A stretch of 59,643 bases of DNA, counting the filler, from Circinaria calcarea (taxonomy: Eukaryota), in NCBI GenBank assembly GCA_051942165.1. It is 6 parts of 6 records of this genome, joined end to end, with 100 filler letters (N's around TTAATTAATTAA, not from the genome) between each part and the next. Parts side by side here need not be neighbours in the genome. Positions count along the whole stretch, not along the records: positions 49,796 to 59,643 come from JAVECS010000882.1; 5 more parts are not named here. The stretch is one strand, 5' to 3'. The position numbers and the translations under genes were made by a program. The notes under the pieces were generated by a model. It did no database searches. It worked only from the letters and a program-made list of their open reading frames with translations, and had not been told where the DNA came from. Of the stretch, positions 51,138 to 59,643 are shown one piece after another. The first letter of the stretch is position 1; every line of letters starts with the position of its first letter.

Positions 51138-51502
51138 CTATTTCTTCAACGCGTCCTTCGGAAGCCCATCGAGTTTATCGTGACCCTGTCTGGCCATCCC
51201 AGAGAAATCCGCGGTTCCAACGCCAGTTTGTTCTCCATCAGTCCGTACGCTGCTGTCAACCGTAGCTGGACTGCGTAGACTCTCGCTGCCACCACCGTAG
51301 GAGATATCACTGGAAACCCCACCGGAGCCTACATTGACTTTGCTGGCGTCTGCAGAGTTCCAGTCTGAGGCGACAGGTGGGTCTTCGGGAAGAGGGAGGT
51401 TGGCTTGACGCTCGGCGATGATGTCGGCCTTGGACTTTGACTGAAGCCAATTAGTTTGATACTGGGAGGAAGGAAACTGGAAGTTACTTCTGTGCCAGGC
51501 AT
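51138..51502 (-). CDS. Small (105 aa) hydrophilic hypothetical protein, 2 exons
   Basis: MPGTE, intron 51441-51487, then SKSKADIIAERQANLPLPEDPPVASDWNSAD...GHDKLDGLPKDALKK*. Missing from the ORF track. Confidence 0.8.
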
Positions 51503-52832
51503 GGCGATTGTGGGTAAGGGGTTTGTTCGAGTGCTCAGGAAGAAGATTCTATGCGCCTGTGGCTTCGAGACGGGTCTGAAACTGGTAAACTTGAAGTCTG
51601 GTCGAAATGCTGATGTAATCTACTCAAGTGAAAGAGGAAGAAGAGACGGCTCTCCCAAGACGACGGGTCTCTGGTGTAATCCGCACATGACGTAGAGTCC
51701 ATCCTAAACATCACAGCATCGGGTTGCCGAATCCCATCCTCCGATCTCGCATCGTCTCAACGGATCCCCAGTTCTCTGTGCTCAAGCATTGAGTCCTGTG
51801 GTCACAGAGATCCTCCAGAACCACTTCCAGAACTTGTCCTGGCCCTCCGCCGACCGATCGTCCAACAGCGCTGACTTGAGGCTGGCGGCGGACTCAACTC
51901 CAGACAACGCCAAGGCCCTAATCCTCAGAGCCTCCACCTTCTCCTCTCGGACAGCATTAGGGGACTTGCCGGGAGAACATTCACACCATGTACACTGGCT
52001 CATGGTCAGTCATCCCCGAACATAAAACCACCCTCATCCTCCCCCTTCCTTCTCTACTTCTTCCCACACCTCAACGCATCGATCATCTTCATCCGACAGC
52101 TTATACCAACCACCACATCGACCTCAAGCATCAGCACCTTGGCTTAGTAGCTCGGGCCCTCACATACTGTCATTCCTTCATCCCACCTCCACGTCATCCA
52201 ATGCCTTCGTTCCGTACATTCTATCATCTTTATTTCATACCACGTACCAACAGCTGCACCAGCAACTGGCAGCATCAGCTTGACTTGACGTGCCTGTTGC
52301 TCATACCCTCATATTGTCCTTCCCATATTATATATCCCACATCATTGTTCATCGACGCTCTAGACCCTCGATCCTTCTCATCTCGGGTTATATACCAGCA
52401 GCTAGACACACATCTAGAAGCATCAGCCCGACTTGATGTGCCAGTACCTTGTAATGCCCTTCCATTTTCTCACACCCACATCATTGGTTATCGTCATTCT
52501 ATACCTCCGACCGTCTTATCTCGGATCATACAGCAGCCCCCAGACCCACATCTAGCAGAGTTAACTTGACTTGATGTATAATCTGACAGCTTCTATACTC
52601 ATACTGTCACCCCTTCATTGCAGGTTTTATACTCCCGCCCCTCATTGGATACCATCATCATTCCATACCACATATACACAAGCCACAGCAGTACCCATGG
52701 CTTCATCTGCTATCGTCATGCGTTCTCAGCTTGGACACAGAGGCTCTTACTCCTTCCTAGGTAGTTTCACCAGAAGCCTATGTACTGATGCCACTCTTTC
52801 CCCATATATATGAGACCTTTTCTCTCAGGACA

Positions 52833-52935
52833 AGCTCACTTTCACCTAGGGCTAGCTCACTTTCACCCAGGGCTGGCTCCCTTTCACCTAGGCTGGCTTC
52901 CTTTCATCTGGGTCTAGCTCCCTTTCACCTAGACT
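52833..52935. repeat. 21-bp tandem repeat (AGCTCACTTTCACCTAGGGCT), 5 copies
   Basis: Units start at 52833, 52854, 52875, 52895 and 52916. Confidence 0.9.
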
Positions 52936-55900
52936 GCAAACCCATGCATATTCAGAATGTGTTGCACGATCATGCATAGAGGCATCCGCCACAGTCACTC
53001 GATAAGAATTAGCCCGATCGCCTGTCTTAGGGTTCGGCATCGAATAAGCGAGGGAATGGAAAGGCTTCCCCGGCTTGTCAATTATCCGTGCGCCGATTGA
53101 TACCCTCGTCCTCGACCTGCCTTTCGGACAATCGTACCCGCGGAAGTTCAAACACGTCTTCGGCTGCTTCCACAACATCCGACTACTCCCCAATGACGAT
53201 GACTGCCTTTGCACCACTGGTGCTTAGACATTACACTTTCCTCACGCTGGTGCGAGTATAAGCCAACAGTGGCGACTTATGTATTGAAGGGAAGGTAGCG
53301 GTCGAGCCAAGCATAAGGAGACTTCACCCAATAGATGTCTTGATATCATCCTCAAATCATCTAATACCGTATATAAGAGCATATTTTCAAATTTCCATTT
53401 TCACATCCCTTTATTCCACATCTTAACGTTTCGAGCGGAAGGTTGCCACCATTCTTGATAAACATTCTGACACTCCTTAGCGTGCTGCCCGTGAACAACT
53501 GAGCGGTGTATATAAACCCGATTTCTATATTGATCTTTTCTTATGGGAGGCTACTTGTGTGCCTGGATAGGACCGCCAACAAACATGGTCCAGCTCAAGC
53601 TAGAATTGGTTTCGGTCCCGGCTGACGCCACAGTCATCGAGTGTGAAAGGTTTGGTCTCTTTCTGCTTTTTCGAACGGAAGGTCGCCCTCACTTTCAATC
53701 AACATCGAATCAAGCTCCTCTGAAGCAGCTGCCTGCCCATTATTCAATATCGAAAAGCATATCCTTTTTCCCCAGTTGATTCTATATTGAAGGCTTCTGG
53801 CATGTTATATAAGAGAATAGTTCCTTTCAAATCTTGAATATTTTCACAAGGGCTTCTACCCTGATACCCACAAGCCGTTAAGATGGCTTTATGGTGAAAC
53901 CATAACGGGTTGGAGACCAAAAATCTCTGTTTTTCAGATACGAAGAGATGCAAGTAGACGGCGATGCGTTAGAGCTGCCCTCCTCGCCGCGTACGGTTTG
54001 TCGGAAGCGTTCCGGATCAATTCCTCAAGCACAAAATTCGGAAAAGACGAAACCGTAAAGGGTAAACAAGAATGAGAACGGAGGTGCCGCTGCAGCGGCT
54101 CGCATGGTGGCGAGTTAAGTGGCGGCTGACAGAATGGCGAGAGTAGCTCGAAGGACAGAACGCCGTGCAGCACTAAGGATTACAATATATAGAAGAACAT
54201 ATCTTTTCCTTTTAATTATTTCTTGATTGGAGGCTTCTGACATACTATATAAGAGCATAAATCTTCCAAAACCACAAAGTTACACGGGCATTATATGTTC
54301 CGTTTTAAAGATATGTAAAGCTCGTGGCTTTGATGATCCGATTCTTGAAAATTTTCACACAAGGAGCTTCTACCTTGGTACCCACAGGGCGTTAAGAGGG
54401 CCTGATGGCGGTCCTGGCGTTTATATAACACGCATCTCCAGCGTCTTCGCCACCTGTTCGGAATACGGTGTTAATGCCCCCTTGGCACATATGACTCCGA
54501 AAGAGAAGTTCACGAGGAATACCTATTGCACAACATACCATACGGGAAACCACTGCACACTCGGATGAGCATAAAAGTTCATGGTTTGCAACGAAAGAAG
54601 GAGATCAAGGAAGAAGTAGAAGAAGGGCTCACTCACTAGCTTATCTCAAGCTCCAGTTACGCACGGCGTACCAGCAGCGGCGAATACCGGCTGACATGCG
54701 AACGATGTGACCTGACAGCATCCCCACCCAACATATGGTCTCTGGAACATGAAGCTGTAAGCCAAGGACGGTAAAAACCTATAGGATCCCAGAAGACGGT
54801 TGTGGAGTTACGCAAGTCAAACCATCAGAGGAGGTAGAACCAGATCGTTTGGGTAAGTAAGATATACGTAAAGACTTAATGTCGAGTTAGAAATCGGTGG
54901 CTTCATGAGAGTCCAGCATGTGTTCCGAGATCATCAACTGCGAGGCCCCCAATATGCCAGCATAAATTATCGTTGAAGAATTTCCAACCAGCTTGGTCAC
55001 TCTCGCTCTCGCGCTGTCGGAGCCACAAGCCGGTCTTGACCAAGGCTCAAACCAAAGGCATGGTCCATATGCCAGGATGCCATTGTGTGGCCCAGAAGAT
55101 AATACCATACGGGTACCAAAGGTTTGCAATTCCTTTGTGTCGAGTTATAATTAAAGATTAGCCTTTTCTTCCCTGCACGGCGCCTAGGACAATTTTTCAA
55201 ACCGTATTCTCCACTAACCATGGGGTCATGCTGAACGTAAACAGTTATTCGGTATGAAATTCTTTTCTCAACAACTTTTCTCGACATCCTCTTCACTTTG
55301 TAAAGACCCAGCAATATACCAACATTTATAAACGGGCCCGTTAGGAAATAATCGATGAGGCTAAAGGAGAAGACAATGGGTTGGGCTGTTGAGCATTCGT
55401 GATCGCAGGGACTCTGGTCCGGGAGTCTTGGTAGCAATCCTATAGAGAAAGTAAATCAGTGATGGAAAATATTGTATACTCGATCGAAATCAGCCCCAGC
55501 TGTTTCTGGAAAGCCATCATATCAATATCGCCTTCTCCTCTCCATCCATTTCTCTCGGCAGATCGTTAAGTTCTGTGTATTCTTTACATTCTGATAAAGC
55601 TTGACTTGGTGTGTCTTAATGGCTTAACTGAACAAGTTATCCACTTCTTTATGACTTTTCACATGGAACGAGACATACCCCAAGATGGCCAAGATCACAA
55701 GGTCTTGGTCTCTCCTTGTAGACGCCAATACTAACGAGGAAGTCTCTCCAACAGCCATCGATGATCCTCCTACGCTTCAGCATTGGCTTGTGGGTATGAT
55801 ATTCTTGTTCGAAAGGGACTAGTTCTCGCACTCTTCATGTCCATATTTCCTGATTCTTATTTAAAAACACTCATCGAGTTTTCGACGGTTGTGAAAGGTA

Positions 55901-56397
55901 GCTTCGGTATAGCTGATCTGCTCATCTAGCTATCGAATACCTGGATCTAAGAGGTTGCTCTCGAGGGTAGTTCAAGATATTGCTAGTGCGGTCCTTGGGC
56001 CCCTTGGGGGAAGACCGTTTTAGGGGAGTATCTCCGTTGGGTTAAAGGATGAATAGAATTCCTATGGCTCTGGTATCAGTGGAGGAGACAGGCAGGACTT
56101 ACTATGCTTATCAACTAAATAGACCCATGACAAACGTGTCGAATCCGAGAAGCTAAGGGTGTTCGAAATCGTTGTTCCACTGATAGCTTGACAACCGCAA
56201 TCTACTTGTGAGGACAGTGGTCGTGGGCGGCAGCAATTATGGTGACGCAACTAGCACACTTCAAAGCTAAATGAAAATGAACTTCTCAGGATAGAAAGGC
56301 CCTACTCTGAAGATGAGTAGTGTGACTGCCGTTGATGAAAGACCTTGAGGGCCTGTGTGGATGAAGGCCCTTCAGATTTGGGAGATTGTAAATTTGT

Positions 56398-56870
56398 TGA
56401 AGTAGGAGAACGTGGAAGATTTTTGTTGGAAGTATGCTTTCCCTGTGGTGGCCGTTCATCGAGATGGTGAGCAGATACCTGTAGGAATCGGCGAGGAAGA
56501 GTCGAAGAAGGGTTCTAATGAAGTAGGAGAAAGTGGAAGATTTTTGTTGGAAGCTTGCCTTCCCTTTGGTGGCTGTTCTTCGAAATGATGAGCAGACACT
56601 TGTAGGAATCGGTGAGGAAGAGTCGAAGAAGGGTTCTAAAACAATTTCCCGATGGCTTTGGTTGAGGATATCGATGAACACACGACTGATTGGGCACTTG
56701 CCCATACCCGCCCCGAACCTTCTACACTTCCTAATCGTCGAGCAAGTGAGCAGACACTTGTAGGAATCAGCGAGGAAGAGTCAAAAAAGGGTCCTACAAC
56801 AATGTTTAGTTGACATTTTTTGAAGACATGGATGAACATATAAGTGATTGGGCACTCTCCTATACCCTTC
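56398..56870. repeat. Mosaic diverged direct repeats (about 120-160 bp)
   Basis: TGAGCAGA...TGTAGGAATC...GAGGAAGAGTC...AAGGGT three times; AAGTAGGAGAA.GTGGAAGATTTTTGTTGGAAG twice; GATGAACA...TGATTGGGCACT twice. Confidence 0.88.
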
Positions 56871-58991
56871 TTTAGCCTCTTAACCTTCCTAATTGGGCTT
56901 AGCGTACAAAATCGGCCCTACTATATTGCGTTCACCCCGCTCTTCTGGAGCCTATGAAAGTCATTATTACGTTATAGAATGTCAGGGTGGGTGCAAACTC
57001 CTCATAGGTACCTTTTTGGGCCGAGAAAAAGGGGCATTCAAAATCTCGCTTAGCGAGCCTCTCCAGGCTTTATGCAGGCGGGAATCAGCATGAAAGAAGT
57101 AGAGGAAAGGTGCTCGATAGTAAGAGGGAACAGTATAGTATGCGCATTTAACAAAGGGCTCGAAATTTGGCTTGGAAATCTTATCGCCTAATTAGGGCTT
57201 AGGCTATTGACATTTTTCATACATGCACAATCTTCAATATTTGATGCTTGAAGAGTCTCACAGAGCTTGTGGCATTCCCGACCCATTGCAAGCCATTAGA
57301 CATCATAGTTATGATGTTATTATCATTACAGTCGTTGTGCGTGCTCAACACCACAGTATGAATAAAGGGGTTATTTTCCCAAAGTCTCCGGTCGCACCAT
57401 TCACCACCCATTCTTTATCTCGGGTATTACCTGAATCGCATGGGACAAAATTGTCCAAGCAGACGAGCTCGCAAGGAGAGTAGTGGGCGTTCGACGCTTA
57501 TTGTGTTCATTCAGAGGTTGGCATCAAGAAAAGGACGATTCAAGCAACCACAAGCACCCGGCTCCATCTAGTACAACCACCAGAAGGAAGAAAGTCAACG
57601 AGGAAAATACGAAATCAGCATGGAGTAATCCGTCCGAGCAATAACTTTGCAAAGAACGCGGTTGGCACGCAATAACGGTTGCGTTCGTTTGGAAATATTA
57701 AAGCTAAGAAGTGATATAAAGCATCTAGACAGGCAAACGTTTGAATGAAGAGGAGATAAAGGAATATACAATCGAAGTCGAAGAGAAAACGAGTTAGGCA
57801 GAGGGGTTACGAAACGATGAGGATTATACATCTACTGGGGTATGGTTATGAAATGTGAGCTCAGGAAGAAGGTAAGTGCGGAAGGTCACGGAAGTTGATG
57901 GACATGTCGTCTGGAACCTTCAGGTATTCGTGTAGGGACGCGCTTTATATAGATATGAGGCCTTACGGAACCATTGATCTTCGCTGACCGAATTTTACAA
58001 CCATTGCCGGCAAAGAAGTCGAATGCCAAGGCAAGCTGGCAACACTCAGCAACCATCACCAACATTAGCATTATTCGTCTTAGCGGACACGGTAGTTAAT
58101 GGTTTCGAGGAAGACTCTTTGGACTTTACAGATACAAACACTACTCACCAATGGTCTAAGAAGGAACAACGCAGTCTAGCCAGATGCATGCGGTATTTAT
58201 TAATTATGCAGTAAAACAGCAAGTGCAAGAAGTGCAGGACTCGCAGGGGCACGCGGGAGGAGGAGCGGCGTCGATCTACTACGCACCCCTACTTTGCACA
58301 ATACCCTTTTGGTTTTTAGCGTTCGCGATCAGAGAGCGATATGAGACTTGGATCTGAAGAAGTACAAGTGCTTGTGGTGTGGTTTCCTCCGACTATTGCT
58401 AGATACCGTTGTGCACGCGAAAGAAAGAGTGGGCTGGAGGAGCTGGGTGTTTGAGGTTACGACAAGGCTGGTACAACAACGGACGCTTGTCAGACCAGAT
58501 ATGTTCCGAGCTACGGTGGCATGTCTTTTTAAAATCTAGAGATATCCTTGCAAGACTTTGACTTTGGATCTGCCACACTTCCTCTGGCACAGGCTACACA
58601 AATTATTTGCTTTTGCTGTTATCGAAGCTCAGGAGAGTTCTTACAAGGGGTCCGCAGACAGTCTCCAGCCTAGGGATGTTGCTATAGATTTAGATATTAA
58701 TAAGGAAAAAGTCACATATAACTTCGTGGCGTAGAGAAGAAGCGGTTGTTGTTCTGATGCGTGATCTAAAGCAATGCATACTATCATCAGCACCAAGCTA
58801 TCTATTGGCGCCTCATCTACTGATACAGAGGACCATCAATCACGAACCACCCACTAAAGCCGCAGCCCAGAAAAGCTCAGAGAACCTGAGGGTTGGGGGA
58901 GATGATAATATCTTAACCCTCAAGGGTGGCTCCTGATCAAACCAGCTGCTGCTACACTCCCCTGATACTGGCCTTAGAACGATACGACATT

Positions 58992-59643
58992 CTACCTCCC
59001 AACCTTAAAAGACAAGACGTCGTTCTTACCAACCGTTACAACTTCTTCCTCACTGACCCTCACTCCTCCAGCTCCTTCCACGTAAGCTAATGGAGCGTCC
59101 CCGATGATTTTCCTCGCACAATCCTTCACCGTTGTCCCTCTTTTCACAAGTACACAGTCCCGGAATACCGGCCCCTGTGTTCCTGCTACCGCACCTGCTC
59201 CGGCCACCCCACCGGCTCCAAAGCTGTGAATGTTTTTGACTGGGAAGACAGGTACTAGGCCTAGCAGTTCTGCGGCCCGGGAGAGCACTTGCACCACGCC
59301 TGTGGAGCCGAACCGGTATAGAACCAGGTCTTTGAGGTTTTCGATCCGCGTTTTGAGTTTCTCGTCAAGTTCCTTCAAGCCACCTCCCGTAGCATCTCCC
59401 ATTTCAATGAGATCTTCCCTAGTGTCCACAAACTCGCTACCTTCTTCATACTTCACAAACCCTTGTTTTGCTAATTTCCGAAGGAAAACTTCTGAAATGG
59501 CCGAGCAAAGAACAAGGGATTGAGGGTCGTGGGCTTTTGCGATCTTCGAGATGTTCTTGTCGGCATCTGGGTGATCAATCTTGTTAAGGGCGATCACGGT
59601 GGGGAACTTGATATCTACGAAAGTAGAGACGACGGAGGAGATG
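58992..59643 (-). CDS. Obg-family GTPase, YGR210C-like, 3' part
   Basis: [12 protein letters not shown] (G4 motif), [18 protein letters not shown] and VFRDCVLVK; the frame is open to the window edge. Confidence 0.88.
   Translation of the reverse strand, partial: ISSVVSTFVDIKFPTVIALNKIDHPDADKNISKIAKAHDPQSLVLCSAISEVFLRKLAKQGFVKYEEGSEFVDTREDLIEMGDATGGGLKELDEKLKTRIENLKDLVLYRFGSTGVVQVLSRAAELLGLVPVFPVKNIHSFGAGGVAGAGAVAGTQGPVFRDCVLVKRGTTVKDCARKIIGDAPLAYVEGAGGVRVSEEEVVTVGKNDVLSFKVGR

Noticed and set aside
54227..58600. Short ORFs across the long gene-free stretch of contig 6
   Set aside because: No recognisable motifs or consistent exon chain; some may be gene relics but I cannot support a call.
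1..59643. tRNA, rRNA or snoRNA genes
   Set aside because: The GTTCGA-type matches I inspected lacked cloverleaf context. A tRNAscan-SE or Infernal run is needed to exclude them formally.

Overview
This is eukaryotic DNA from a filamentous ascomycete (Pezizomycotina-type genes with short GT-AG introns). It is not one locus. Six contigs of about 9.85 kb, in descending size order, are joined by artificial 100-nt linkers (N44-TTAATTAATTAA-N44). Contig 1 (1-9872) holds the 5' end of an AA11 lytic polysaccharide monooxygenase, an ankyrin-tailed L-asparaginase, nmrA and an acetoacetyl-CoA synthetase. Contig 2 holds a ChAPs/Bud7-family gene divergent from HIR3. Contig 3 holds the 3' part of SHMT, a conserved hypothetical gene and about 5 kb of repeat-rich, RIP-like DNA. 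Contig 4 holds COX4 and an intein-free PRP8. Contig 5 is a chromosome end and the most eventful part. It has (CCCTAA)n abutting a zinc-finger-like relic, a hypothetical gene, two decapitated gene fragments fused back to back, and a 2155-bp pogo/Fot1-like transposon with perfect 49-bp TIRs. That transposon sits in a small GC-rich hairpin insert inside an NLR/TPR-like pseudogene. Contig 5 also carries a CBM19-like plus GH23-like lysozyme gene. Contig 6 holds two small hydrophilic-protein genes, several degenerate repeat arrays and the 3' part of a YGR210C-like Obg GTPase. I cannot demonstrate a wholly new system from sequence alone. The best leads are the subtelomeric nested insertion, the chitin-binding lysozyme-like protein and the asparaginase-nmrA pairing. 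Family assignments come from motif recognition, not database searches.
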